This document shows, piece by piece, positions 28,235-39,573 of a DNA stretch of 64,000 nucleotides. The notes under the pieces were generated by a model. It saw only the letters and a program-made list of their open reading frames with translations, did not search any database and was not told where the DNA came from. Positions within the stretch are counted from its first letter, which is position 1. Each line of letters begins with the position of its first letter. A program made the translations under genes and the position numbers. Origin of the DNA: an uncultured Gemmatimonadales bacterium. GTDB lineage: Bacteria; Gemmatimonadota; Gemmatimonadetes; Gemmatimonadales; Gemmatimonadaceae. The stretch spans positions 448,001-512,000 of the forward strand of contig CAVPQB010000006.1 of the NCBI GenBank assembly GCA_963707505.1, in the 5' to 3' direction.

Positions 28235-30409
28235 ATGAAAAGAATCGCTCTTGTAGTCGCTGTGGCACTTGGATCGGTCGCCCCACAACTCACCAACGCT
28301 CAGAGCACCCAGGACGTTGCACGCTGGCAGAAGGAGGCGCAGAGTGTCACGATCACAAGGGACGATTGGGGAATCGCGCACGTCCGAGGGAAGACGGACG
28401 CCGATGCTGTCTTTGGAATGATCTACGCACAGGCGGAGGACGATTTCAATCGCGTCGAGACCAACTATCTGAACTCGATGGGACGTCTCGCCGAAGCGGA
28501 AGGCGAGTCGGCGATCTATCAGGATCTTCGCATGAAGCTTTTCATCGATCCCGATTCGATGAAGACACTGTATGCGTCGAGCCCCGAATGGCTCAAGAAG
28601 CTGATGAACTCCTGGGCTGATGGCCTCAACTATTACATGTACAAGCATCCCGACGTCAAGCCGCGCGCGATCAGGCACTACGAGCCGTGGATGGCGCTCT
28701 CGTTCAGCGAAGGGAGCATTGGCGGTGACATCGAGCGCGTGAACCTCAAGCAGTTGCAGGCATTCTACGGTGGTGGTCCGGTGACCGCCGAGCCGGCGTC
28801 GGGTGTTCTGCCGCCGCCCGAGCCGGGCGGATCGAATGGAATGGCGGTTGCTCCGTCGAATACGAAAGATCATCATGCGCTGTTGTTGATCAACCCGCAC
28901 ACGTCGTTCTTCTTTCGGTCTGAATTGCAGATGACGAGCGATGAGGGACTCAACGCGTACGGCGCGGTGACGTGGGGCCAGTTTTTCGTGTATCAGGGCT
29001 TCAACACACGCGTCGGCTGGATGCACACCTCCAGCGCGGTGAACGCGGTGTCGGAGTTTCTCGAAACCGTCGAGAAGAAGGGCGATCGCTTCTACTACAA
29101 GTATGGAAGCGAAGAGCGGCCGATGGTCACGAAGACGATCACCGTACCATACAGGACCGCCAGCGGAATGGCCGACAAGACTTTCACCGCCTACTACACG
29201 CTCCACGGTCCCGTCATACGAAAGGCCGACGGCAGATGGGTAACGATCGAGCTGATGCAGCGTCCACAGATCGCGCTCATCCAGTCGTATACGCGCACCA
29301 AGGCGATGAATTACAAGGAGTACGAGAAGACGATGGAGTTGCACGGCAATTCGTCCAACAACACCATCTACGCAGACGCTGACGGCAACATCGCGTACTG
29401 GCATGCGAACTACATTCCACGTCGCGATACGTCGTTCGACTGGACTCATCCCGTTGACGGCAGCAATCCCAGGACCACGTGGGGTCCCGTGTTGTCGGTT
29501 GCAGAAACGCCGCATCTGTTGAATCCAAAGAACGGCTGGCTGTACAACAGCAACAACTGGCCGTGGTCAGCAGCGGGCGCGTACAGCCCAAAGCAGAAGG
29601 ACTTCCCGAGCTATGTGGATGTCGGAGTCGAATCCGCGCGCGGCCTGCATGCGATCCGCGTGCTTTCCGACAAGAAGGATTTCACGATCGAGTCGTTGCG
29701 CGCAGCTGCGTACGACAGCTATCTGCCGGCGTTCGCGATCATGGTTCCACCGCTGCTCAAGGCATGGGACGATGCTCCATCTTCCAACCCACTCAAAGCC
29801 AAACTCGCCGAGCAGATCGCTGTCCTGCGCAAGTGGGATTACCGTTGGAGCGTCAACTCCATTCCAACGTCGCTGGCGGTGTTCTGGGGCACCCAACTCG
29901 GACACACAAACCGCCGCGCGACTGCGGGAATGTCACCGGAGAAGTACGCAACCAACGAGGCGACTCCACAAGAGCAGTTGGAAGCGCTCTCGGCCGCTTC
30001 TGACAAGCTCGCAGCGGATTTCGGAACGTGGAAGACGCCGTGGGGCGACATCAATCGCTACCAGCGCAACAACGGTGACATCGAGCAGAAGTTCGATGAC
30101 TCCAAGCCAAGCATTCCGGTCGGCTTCACGTCGTCGCTGTGGGGATCACTGGCTTCGTTCGGTGCCCGCCCATATCCCGGAACCAGGAAGTGGTACGGCA
30201 CCAGCGGCAACAGCTTTGTCTCTGTAGTCGAGTTTGGCGACAGCGTGCGCGCGGTGGCGATCACGGCGGGTGGCGAGAGCGGCCATCCGAGCTCTCCGCA
30301 TTTCAACGACGAGGCGCAACGGTATGCGACCGGTAATCTGAGACCGGTCTACTACTATCCATCGCAACTGAAGGGACATACGGAGCGGGTGTATCATCCC
30401 GGGAACTAG
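28235..30409 (+). CDS. Penicillin acylase-family Ntn hydrolase (AHL/cephalosporin acylase-like)
   Basis: Signal peptide; RDDWGIAHV, YAQAED, autoprocessing G-SNG, NPH. Confidence 0.92.
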   Translation: MKRIALVVAVALGSVAPQLTNAQSTQDVARWQKEAQSVTITRDDWGIAHVRGKTDADAVFGMIYAQAEDDFNRVETNYLNSMGRLAEAEGESAIYQDLRMKLFIDPDSMKTLYASSPEWLKKLMNSWADGLNYYMYKHPDVKPRAIRHYEPWMALSFSEGSIGGDIERVNLKQLQAFYGGGPVTAEPASGVLPPPEPGGSNGMAVAPSNTKDHHALLLINPHTSFFFRSELQMTSDEGLNAYGAVTWGQFFVYQGFNTRVGWMHTSSAVNAVSEFLETVEKKGDRFYYKYGSEERPMVTKTITVPYRTASGMADKTFTAYYTLHGPVIRKADGRWVTIELMQRPQIALIQSYTRTKAMNYKEYEKTMELHGNSSNNTIYADADGNIAYWHANYIPRRDTSFDWTHPVDGSNPRTTWGPVLSVAETPHLLNPKNGWLYNSNNWPWSAAGAYSPKQKDFPSYVDVGVESARGLHAIRVLSDKKDFTIESLRAAAYDSYLPAFAIMVPPLLKAWDDAPSSNPLKAKLAEQIAVLRKWDYRWSVNSIPTSLAVFWGTQLGHTNRRATAGMSPEKYATNEATPQEQLEALSAASDKLAADFGTWKTPWGDINRYQRNNGDIEQKFDDSKPSIPVGFTSSLWGSLASFGARPYPGTRKWYGTSGNSFVSVVEFGDSVRAVAITAGGESGHPSSPHFNDEAQRYATGNLRPVYYYPSQLKGHTERVYHPGN

Positions 30410-30433
30410 CGGAGTGAGTTTCACTTATTGAAA

Positions 30434-30480
30434 CATGCGCCGGTCGCTGCCATGTAGATGGATGGCGCGACCGGCGCATG
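30434..30480. terminator. Intergenic hairpin
   Basis: catgcgccggtcgc...gcgaccggcgcatg 14-bp outer stem; no clear U tract. Confidence 0.45.
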
Positions 30481-30497
30481 ACACGTAAGATTCCCGT

Positions 30498-32942
30498 ATG
30501 GCCACGTCGTATCGATCGATAGTCGCGCTGTTTCTCGCACTCGGCTTCGCGCCAGTGCTCTCCGCCCAATCCCGGCCCGCTCCGACTGTCACGTCGGACG
30601 GCATCCTGCAGAGCAAGCGTCCCATTCCGGGCTCCGTTTACGAATCGCCCGCATTTACCCGGGCTGTCCTGAAGGGAACGCGCACGCGCACCGGCGAGCC
30701 GGGCCCGAACAGCTGGGTGCAGCACGCGCGCTACAGGATCGATGCGACGCTGGATCCCGCGACCAATACTGTCAGCGGGTCCGAGCACGTCGTGTATCTC
30801 AACAACTCGCCGGATACGCTCCCGTATCTGATGGTACATCTGTACCAGAACGTGTTCCGACCCGAGAGCCAGCGCAGGGACGCAGCGCCGATTACTGATG
30901 GGATCAAGCTCGCGCGCGTTGCAGTGGAGGGAGCGCAGCTTGCGCAGCAGAACCAGAGCCAGAGCAGACGCTCGCGCGCATCTGCGAATGCAGCGGGGTA
31001 CAGCGTGGACGGTACCGTCATGCGGATAGCGCTCGCCAGGCCGCTCATGCCGCACGACAGCGTGTCGCTCGATTTCGCGTGGTCCTACAATCCCGCGATG
31101 ACTCCATCCGATGGAAGGGAAGGGCGCGACGACCATCTCTACTTCATGGGATACTGGTATCCGCAGATCGCAGTGTACGACGACGTCGATGGCTGGGTCG
31201 CGGATCAGTACGTGCTGCAGGCGGAGTTCTACATGGAGCCCGCCGACTACGACGTTCACGTTACCGCTCCGCGCGGCTGGGTTGTCGGGGCTACGGGCTC
31301 ACTCCAGAACGCGGACGCGATCCTCAGCTCCAGTGCGCGCGCGAAGCTCGCCGACGCGCGGCGCAGCGGCAAGGTTGTAACGATCAGCAAGCCGAGCGAT
31401 GGCGCTGCAGCTTTCGCGAGCAAAGCACCGACCGTGACGTGGCACTTCACAGCGCCGGATTTGCGCGATTTCGCATGGGGCGCCAGCGATCGCTATGTGT
31501 GGGATGCCACTCGCGCACTCGTGGCCGACTCCGGCCAGAAGGCTGATACGGTCGACATCTTCAGCTTCTATCGCATAAGCCCGGCGGCTGCGGCGTGGGC
31601 AGTCGGTGGCGCGCGGTACACTCGCGACGCGATCGAGCAGCTTTCGGCGTATCTGTGGAAGTACCCATGGCCGACGATGACGTCTATGGAAGGCGTTCTG
31701 ACGGGCGGAGGCATGGAGTATCCGCGCATGACGCTGATGCAGCCGTGGGCTGACACGCTGTCGCTCGCTGGCGATCTCATGCACGAAACCGGGCACATGT
31801 GGTTTCCGATGATGGTGGGGTCCAACGAGACGCGCTATACCTGGATGGATGAAGGCTTCACGCAGTTCGACGAAGCGCAGGGATTGCGTGTGCTGTATGG
31901 AGAGCCTCGCAAGGGCGGGCGCATCGCGGACACCGAGCAGGGTCAACGACTGCTGTACACACGCACAGCTGCCGCGGGTGACGATCAGATATTGATGACG
32001 CGCGGCGATCTGTTTCCGCCGGCGACGTACAACATCATGTTCTACGACAAGACGGCGCAGGTTCTCGCCGCCTTGCGTGGCATGTTGGGTGAGCCGACTT
32101 TCCATCACGCATTTCGCGAATACGGCAAACACTGGGTCGGCAGGCATCCGTATCCAAACGACTTCTTCAATGCGATGGATGCAGGCGCCAAACAGGACCT
32201 CAGCTGGTTCTGGAATACGTGGTTCTACAATGCATGGCCGCTGGATCAGGCAATCACGAGTGTCACCCCCGATGCAAACGGCGTCGCGATAACGATCGAG
32301 GATCACGGTCTCGCGCCGATGCCCGTGAAGCTGGCCGTAACACGTGCCGACAAGACAGTCCAGCGAATTGACATCCCGGTGGATGTCTGGCTAAAGGGCG
32401 CACGGAGTTACGTTGCGCACGTCGCAGCGGCACCAGAAGTCGTACGCGTCGAGATAGATCCGGATGGATTATTTCCGGATATCAACCGCAAGAACCAGCT
32501 GTGGGTCAAACCCGCTGTACGACGACGATCGGCGATTCATCGGTGTCGCGCACGTGATCCCCGCATCAGGGTGGGGGGCCGGCCGCCCTACGGCTCGTTC
32601 GGCACCAACGGCTTCACTCTCTTGCCCCACATGGCCGGCGGCGGCTCGTGCGTGGCACGCTCCACCGGATGCGCAGCCAGCTTCCTGCATCGCGCTCGGC
32701 GACGGCGCGCTCGAGTTGCGCGTCGTGTCCCGCCGCGATGTCCTTCGGCCAATCTTCGACTTCGATGTTCGGCGAGATGCCTTCGTTCTCCACGGCCCAC
32801 GATTGTTCCGTCCATCGCGAAGAATCCGCCGCGCGGCGCGTACATGATGCCACCGTCGACAAAGAGCGGCGTGTCCCAGATGCCCACCAATCCGCCCCAC
32901 GTGCGCTTGCCTACGAGCTGGTCCGACGCTTGCGCAGCTTGA
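30498..32942 (+). CDS. Secreted M1-family metallopeptidase; true end probably near 32520
   Basis: GGMEYP, HETGHMWF..WMDEG, FYDK; family-like sequence ends at DINRKNQLWVKP and the rest is read-through. Confidence 0.88.
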   Translation: MATSYRSIVALFLALGFAPVLSAQSRPAPTVTSDGILQSKRPIPGSVYESPAFTRAVLKGTRTRTGEPGPNSWVQHARYRIDATLDPATNTVSGSEHVVYLNNSPDTLPYLMVHLYQNVFRPESQRRDAAPITDGIKLARVAVEGAQLAQQNQSQSRRSRASANAAGYSVDGTVMRIALARPLMPHDSVSLDFAWSYNPAMTPSDGREGRDDHLYFMGYWYPQIAVYDDVDGWVADQYVLQAEFYMEPADYDVHVTAPRGWVVGATGSLQNADAILSSSARAKLADARRSGKVVTISKPSDGAAAFASKAPTVTWHFTAPDLRDFAWGASDRYVWDATRALVADSGQKADTVDIFSFYRISPAAAAWAVGGARYTRDAIEQLSAYLWKYPWPTMTSMEGVLTGGGMEYPRMTLMQPWADTLSLAGDLMHETGHMWFPMMVGSNETRYTWMDEGFTQFDEAQGLRVLYGEPRKGGRIADTEQGQRLLYTRTAAAGDDQILMTRGDLFPPATYNIMFYDKTAQVLAALRGMLGEPTFHHAFREYGKHWVGRHPYPNDFFNAMDAGAKQDLSWFWNTWFYNAWPLDQAITSVTPDANGVAITIEDHGLAPMPVKLAVTRADKTVQRIDIPVDVWLKGARSYVAHVAAAPEVVRVEIDPDGLFPDINRKNQLWVKPAVRRRSAIHRCRARDPRIRVGGRPPYGSFGTNGFTLLPHMAGGGSCVARSTGCAASFLHRARRRRARVARRVPPRCPSANLRLRCSARCLRSPRPTIVPSIAKNPPRGAYMMPPSTKSGVSQMPTNPPHVRLPTSWSDACAA

Positions 32943-35900
32943 ACATGTACGGCATGAGGTCGCCGCCCGATCCCGACATCTCGTTGATGATCATCACCTT
33001 CGGTCCCCAGATGCCGGCGGCCGGACTGGTGAACGGATATCCGCTCGCCGACGGGATTGTTGAAGTACCCGTCGAACGTGCGCTGCAACACATCGATGAT
33101 GTAGTCCGCCGCCGAGCCGCCGCCGTTGTATCGCTCGTCGATGATCGCGCCCTTCCGATCCTGCTGCGCGAAGTAGTAGCGGTTGAAGCTCGTGTACCCG
33201 CCCTCGCCTGTGTTAGGCAAGTGCACGTACGCCAGCTGTCCGTGCGACAACGAATCGACGATGTGGCGGTTGCGCTCGACCCACGCACGAGCGCGCAGGC
33301 CGGCATCGTTCGGCTATCGGAATCACCGTCACCCGACGCGCGCCCTCCATCGTCGGACGCGCGTTGACCGTGATCACCGTCTGATGGTTCGCCGTGCCGT
33401 CGAACAACCGATAGATGCTTGTCCGGCGCGCGAGCGTCGCTGTCCGTTTACGGCGAGTAGATAGTCGCCCGCGTGCACCTGCACGCCGGGCGCCGTGAGC
33501 GGCGCGTGCAGATCCGGATTCCAGCTGTCGGTGCCGTAGATCTTCGTGATCTTGTACTGGCCGTTGTCGACCTCGAAGTCAGCGCCTAACAGACCGACTG
33601 GCGACGCGGTACGCGCCGGCATGTCGCCGCCACGCACGAACGAGTGGCCGATCGCGATCTCCGAGCCCATCATGTCGAGCAGATAGTTCAGGTCGGCGCG
33701 ATGCATGACGTACGGCAGCAGCTGTCCGTACATCTCCTTCGTCCCGCACCCAGTCGGTGCCCTGCAGATTCTTCACGTAGATGTAGTCGCGCTGGTTGCG
33801 CCATCCCTCGTCGAAGATCTGCTTGAACTCGGCTGTCGGATCGACCAGCATGCGCAGTTGCGCATTGAGCTTGCCGTGGCCCGCCGTCGGCGGGTCCTTC
33901 GTCGTGGCGTCGACGAGATAGAGCGCGCCCTCCGGTCCCGGCGATTGGTACAACAGCTTCTTGCCGTCGGCACTCACAAGATACCGGCACGTTCTGCACG
34001 AACTCGATCGCCTTGCGCTCCTTGAGATCGTACCGATGCAGCCGGCCGCCGCGAAGCGGGACTCAGTGGTACCGGTTTCGGGAATGTTCTCCATGAAGAA
34101 CACCGTGCCCGGAACGCCGCTCTGCAACCGCCATAGTCGCGCTCTGCAATCTCCGACACCGGCACGATACGCTGTTGACAATCCGTCGAAATCGATCTCG
34201 ACGTGCCGACGCGGCGCCAGCATCGCCTTGAGCGAATCGGCGGGAATGCGATGCGCTGTGCTCGTGTCGCGGTACTGTCGCTGCGCGCCGTACGCTGTTG
34301 CCGTTGACGCGGCGTCGGTGGCACACCCGGCGTCTGCTCCTGCGGGCACTCCCGCGTCCTCATCGCTCTCCGGCAACAATGGCGATGGATCGTTCTTGGA
34401 CAACACGGCCAAGTAGAGCGCCTTGGTCTCCGTGTGTCCGTAGCTCGACATGTCCAACCAGCCGGAGCCGAGTGCGAGGTCGGTGGACGCGAAGAACCAG
34501 AGATACTTGCCGCTCGCGTCCCACGCCGGCGCACGTCGCGTCGGCCAGGCCATCGGTGATCTGGTGAGTCTGCCCCGTGGTCATGTCGTACACGAAGATC
34601 GCGCGATAGAGCGACTTGAGACGCCTAACGTACGCGATCCATCGCGAATCCGGACTCCACGTCGGATTGAGCGAGCGCTCGGGCACCATGAATTCGTCGC
34701 CACCGATGTCCGTGGCCTTTCCGGTTGCGACGTCCACCACCCACAGGCGGAGATTCGTGTCCTGGAACACGATGTGCTTTCCGTCGGGCGACCAGCACGG
34801 CGTGTAGTAATGCGTCGGATGCTCGAGCGCGATCGTGCGCGCCGGCGCGCTGCCGTCGGCGGACGCGATGACTAACTGATACTCGCCGGATTTGTCGCTG
34901 AAGTACGATATCCACTTTGCCGTCCGGCGACCACGCCGGATCGCGCTCGGCAGAGCCGCTCGATTGCGTCAGATTGCGCACGTCGCCCTTTTCCGCCGGC
35001 ACCGTGAAGATTTCGCCGCGTGCTTCGATCGCCGCACGCTTGCCCGTAGGCGACAGCGCGATGTTCGCGATGTTGCGCGATGACTTCCTTCCATTGCGGC
35101 ATCATCCACGGAAAGTCGCCGACCGACGCTGATCTTCACGATGTGCTCGTGATCGGTCGCCGGGATCCAGCTCGTGAACGTAGCCGCCCTGCTCGAATAC
35201 GAGCGCATCAGCGTCCGACGTCGAGCGTCTTTACGTCGAAGTCGGAAAAGTTCGTGACCTGTTTGACCTGCTTCGACTCCATGTCGTACGACCAGACGTT
35301 CGACACACCATCGCGGTCGGACAGGAAGTACACCGTTGGTTGCCGTACCACACCGGATACATCTCCTTTGAGTTCGGCCGGGGTATGGTGTCGACGTCCA
35401 GCGTCTTGCTATCGAGATCCAGATCGGACGATTCTGGCCACCACGATAGTTGCGTCGCTCTTCGTCCCACGAGTTGTTCATCCGGTAGGCGATGTGCGCG
35501 CCGTCGGGCGAGATCTTTCCCTGATACGCGCGATACATCGGCATCGCCGACCGACGGGCCGCCCTCGACCGGCACGGTGAACCATCTGGGCTCGGGCGAC
35601 GGAAGATTGGACGATCGCGTCGACGAGAACACGATCGACTTGCCGTCCGGCGTCCATCCCTGGACCAGGTCCGGCGCCGGGTGCCAGGTCAGCCGTCGCG
35701 GCTCGCCGCCCGCGGCGGGCATGACGTACACGTCGGTATTGCCTGCGTACTCCGCGCTGAACGCGATGAACCGCCCGTCTGGCGAGAAGTGCGGCGACGA
35801 CGTCTGTCCCTGAAAGCTCGTCAGCCGCTGCGCAGAGCCGCCCGCGCGCGATACGACCCAGATGTCGTTCGCATATGCGAAGGCTATCTGCGTTGCACTG

Positions 35901-35989
35901 ACAGTTGGCGAACGGAGCATACGCGTCTGAGCCGGTGCGATTGCCGGAATGAACCAGACGATGGACGCGAGACAGATGGCGCGACGCAT
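32588..35989 (-). CDS. Tricorn-like S41 protease (propellers, PDZ, S41), many frameshifts
   Basis: Fragments in alternating frames: IAFAYANDIW, WSPD repeats, EFKQIFDEGWR, DERYNGGG, SGSGGD, GKRTWGGLVG, ENEGISPNIEV. Confidence 0.88.
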
Positions 35990-36135
35990 GGTGGCGGGAG
36001 TGGGAGTTGGCGTGTCGGCGATCACGAACAGCTGCAGGGATCAGCTGCGAAAATGCACACGCCTTACGCCTGCCGCTAGAGCAGGAATGCCGAGCGGCTG
36101 TGGGAGCGCCGTCAGCGGCTCGGCATTCCGGGCGG

Positions 36136-36951
36136 CTACATGGAGATGTTCGTGTTTGTCGTGTATCGATATCCCGATGGTATCTCGAACAACGCCGCCG
36201 GCTGCGCGCCGAGCTTGACACTTGTTATCGCCATCGAGCGGGTGTTGGTGTGTTGGATTCCTTTCTCATTGACCGTGCTTTCCTTCATCTCGGTCCGCAA
36301 TGGCGTCCCTGCGAGTGCCTGGGAGCGCACGCTGGTCTCCTTGTCGACAAAGTCAGCGTCGGTTTGCGCCTCCGCTGTAGCGGCGTGCTCGAGTAGCGCC
36401 ATGATCGGGTTGTTTCCAAGATCGAGTCCGGGGCTGACCCAGTAGTCGGTGATGACTGTATGGCGTTCGGTTCCCCCATCGAAGCCCATCGCCACGATGT
36501 GCACATCGAACTGTTCCGTAATCCGGATCTGCTCCGTTCCGTAGCCGAGTAGTTTCTGTCCCGTTGCGACACGCCCGAACGAGATCTTCGCGTTCTGAAC
36601 CTTGAACTTGACGATGGGCGACACCGCCTTCAGCGACGTCCCGATGATGCGCTCGAAACTCGGTGAGCTGATCTGACTCACTTCCTTGCGATCGGGATGC
36701 ACTGACAGCATTCGCTTCCCGCCGTCGGTGAGAATTATGTAGTCGCGCGAGTCGTTCTTATCCATGTCGATGCGGGTGCGATCGCCGTGCACACGGACGG
36801 TTCCATTACTCTCGGAGCCGGACTCCTCCCTTGTGGTGAACGTGTACATGTAGTCGCCCGCTGGCGGCGGTGTTGCCACGTCGCGGCATGAACGCGTCGC
36901 GCTGTTACCCGCCAGAGTCGCACCGATTAGCATCGCAATTGTACCGATCAT
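36136..36951 (-). CDS. Secreted protein, DUF4412-like
   Basis: N-terminal hydrophobic leader; TRIDM, TGQKLLGY, LFEIPSGY; GGGGAG RBS. Confidence 0.7.
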   Translation of the reverse strand: MIGTIAMLIGATLAGNSATRSCRDVATPPPAGDYMYTFTTREESGSESNGTVRVHGDRTRIDMDKNDSRDYIILTDGGKRMLSVHPDRKEVSQISSPSFERIIGTSLKAVSPIVKFKVQNAKISFGRVATGQKLLGYGTEQIRITEQFDVHIVAMGFDGGTERHTVITDYWVSPGLDLGNNPIMALLEHAATAEAQTDADFVDKETSVRSQALAGTPLRTEMKESTVNEKGIQHTNTRSMAITSVKLGAQPAALFEIPSGYRYTTNTNISM

Positions 36952-37083
36952 CTCTCCCCCATTGTTCTACACGAACCGCTCTACCAGATGGGTCACAGCA
37001 AATGGAGATACGGTTCGCGGAGCGGCTGGCGAGGGCATGGTCCATGCACCCTCCGTACGTGCCCATTCTGTCCCGGAGGAGAT

Positions 37084-37263
37084 ATGGACAAGCGCGAAAA
37101 AACAGATTCGAACGATCGTTCTAAGGCCGATTCGACAGCCAGGACGCAGAAGCCGGCGCGTCCCGATCCGCCCCGCACTACGAAGGGAAAGTGGACTGCA
37201 CCGAAATTCGGTTCCGCTGGCAGTGGCGGGGCAGAGCTGGAGCCCGGTCCGGAAAAAGATTGA
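37084..37263 (+). CDS. Small hypothetical protein, 59 aa
   Basis: Strong GGAGGAG RBS; C-terminal APKFGSAGSGGAELEPGP. Confidence 0.6.
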   Translation: MDKREKTDSNDRSKADSTARTQKPARPDPPRTTKGKWTAPKFGSAGSGGAELEPGPEKD

Positions 37264-37371
37264 TCGTGTCGCTGAATGTGTAGTTGCATATTCTTCACGT
37301 AGCGGCGAAGTAAGTACTTCGCCGCTCAGGTCTCCCTGCAACACGATCCATCCGCGAAGGAGCGATCAGGA

Positions 37372-39167
37372 ATGGCCAGCGTGACAGCTACCAAGGCGAC
37401 ACACAATGCACCGCACCTGGCGGCGCCGGACATCAACCCGTCGTTCACCAAGGGCGTCTTCCTGGGCGAGATCCGCGAGGACCTGGTCTTTCCGTTCCCC
37501 GCGCTGTCGGCGGAGGAGAGCGAGTCGCTTCGCATGATCCTCGACTCCTTCCGCGCCTTTGCCGCGAGTAACATCGACTCGGCGAAGATCGACCACGACG
37601 GAAAGTTTCCCGACGACGTCCGACACGGATTGCACGAGCTCGGCCTGATGGGGCTCAACATTCCGGAGGCGTACGGCGGATTCGGCGCGTCGGCCAAGGT
37701 GTTCAACCGCGTCTTCGGCGAGATCGGCGGAACCGACCCGGCGCTTGCTGTCTACTTCGGTGCGCACCAGTCGATCGGGTGCAAGGGGATCACGCTCTTC
37801 GGCACCGAGGAGCAGAAGCAGCGCTGGCTGCCGCGCTGCGCGAGGGGCGAGATGGTCGCCGCGTTCTGTCTCACCGAGCCCGGCTCCGGCTCCGACGCGC
37901 AGGCGATGACGACGACCGCGATCCTCAGCGACGACGGCACGCACTACGTACTCGACGGCACGAAGATCTGGATCTCGAACGCCGGCTACGCCGGCCTGTT
38001 CACGGTCTTCGCCAAGGTGCCGGTGACGATCGACGGCAAGATGAAGCAGCGCGTCACGGCGTTCATCGTCGACGCGCACGCGCCTGGCATCACGCTCGGC
38101 CAGCCCGAGCAGAAGATGGGCATCAAGGCGTCCGACACGCGCACGGTGACGTTCGACAAGGTGCGCGTCCCCGTCGCAAACGTGCTCGGCGAGGTCGGAC
38201 AGGGATTCCAGATCGCGCTCGAGATCCTCAACTCCGGCCGGCTCGGCCTCGCTGCCGGGTCGTCGCGCGGCGCGCGCAGAATCATGACCGAAGCTGCGAG
38301 TACGCCAAGCAGCGCGAGCAGTTCGGCCGATCGATCGGCTCGTTCGAGATGATCCAGCACAAGATCGCGCTGAACGCGGCGGAGACCTACGCGGCCGACT
38401 CGGCGGGGATGCTCACGGCGGGGATGGTCGACCGCGGCGGCGATCGACTTCTCGCTCGAGACGGCGGCGTGCAAGATCTTCGCGAGCGAGCTCGCCTTCC
38501 GCGCGGCGAACGACGCGCTGCAGATCGCCGGCGGCATCGGCTACTCGAAGGAGTATCCGTACGAGCAGGCGGTGCGCGACTCGCGCATCAACCTGATCTT
38601 CGAGGGGACGAACGAGATCCTGCGCGCGCTCATCGCGCTGATGGGCTGCAGCAGCCGGGCGAGCGCCTCAAGGAGCTCGGCAAGGCGTTCAAGGATCCGC
38701 TCCACTCGATCGGCGCGATCGGCTCGTACGTCGCCGGCCGCGCGAAGCGCGAGGTGACGAAGCCGGCGTTCACGCGCGTGCATCCGGCGTTGTCCAAGGA
38801 GGCGGATCGCGTCGCGACGCTGATTCACACTCTCGCGCTCGCCGTCGAGAGCGCCGTGCTGAAGCACGGCAAGGAGATCGTCGACCGGCAGTTCCTTCAG
38901 CAGCGCATCGCCAACGCGGCGATCGACATCTACATGAGCGCCGCGGTGCTGTCGCGCACGACGTGGGAGATCGAGCGCGCCGGAGGCGTCGATGCTGTAA
39001 AACCGGAGATGGATTGTGCACGTCTTTTTCTGGCGGACCGTTATCGCCAGGTGCGCCGCTCGATCCGACGCATAGCGCGCAACCAGGACGATCGAATGAA
39101 AGCCGTCGCCGAGCGCGTGCTGGAGACCTCCGAGGCAGCGCCGCTATCGCCGTCGGATCGTGTGTAG
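37372..39167 (+). CDS. Acyl-CoA dehydrogenase (ACAD9/VLCAD-like), at least three frameshifts
   Basis: [48 protein letters not shown] spread over different frames. Confidence 0.9.
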
Positions 39168-39213
39168 GGTGGGACGAGTATGCGAGCGCGACCCAGTGCC
39201 TACAATTCCGGAG

Positions 39214-39504
39214 CTACCCGACCTTTCTCACCCCGAATCTGATTTCCATCTGCGGTCTGGGCTCTGCTCGTTCAGGTTCGTCGAGCTCGGTGGACTCATC
39301 CACCAGGTGGCTCAGCTTGTAGAAGAGGTGGAGTGCCTGGATCGGGGCGATGTGGCTGGTTGGGCCGGCCTTGGCGATTACGGTCGCTTCTTCGCGGACG
39401 ACGCGTGGAAGCTGGCGAGCCTGCGGAAGAGCAAGCAGGCGATAGATCTCTATCGAGTGGCGGGCCAACAAAGCTGCGCAGAGGGCGTCAAGGAAGGCTA
39501 GCAC
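39214..39504 (-). CDS. Hypothetical protein, 96 aa
   Basis: GTG with GGAG RBS; helical protein with C-terminal QMEIRF. Confidence 0.6.
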   Translation of the reverse strand: MLAFLDALCAALLARHSIEIYRLLALPQARQLPRVVREEATVIAKAGPTSHIAPIQALHLFYKLSHLVDESTELDEPERAEPRPQMEIRFGVRKVG

Positions 39505-39573
39505 AAGTTCTCCGTCTGTCAGGTCTTAATGTACATATTGCAACTATTATCGGCAAAATGGAAGGGGAATTAA

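Noticed and set aside
28154..29515. Long antisense ORFs (also 4295..5284, 9208..10248, 31299..32306, 47050..48231)
   Set aside because: Shadows of well-supported genes on the opposite strand, expected in high-GC DNA; no motifs recognised.
32520..32942. Real C-terminal extension of the M1 peptidase overlapping the tricorn gene
   Set aside because: Arg/Pro-rich antisense read-through at the edge of the error-dense region.
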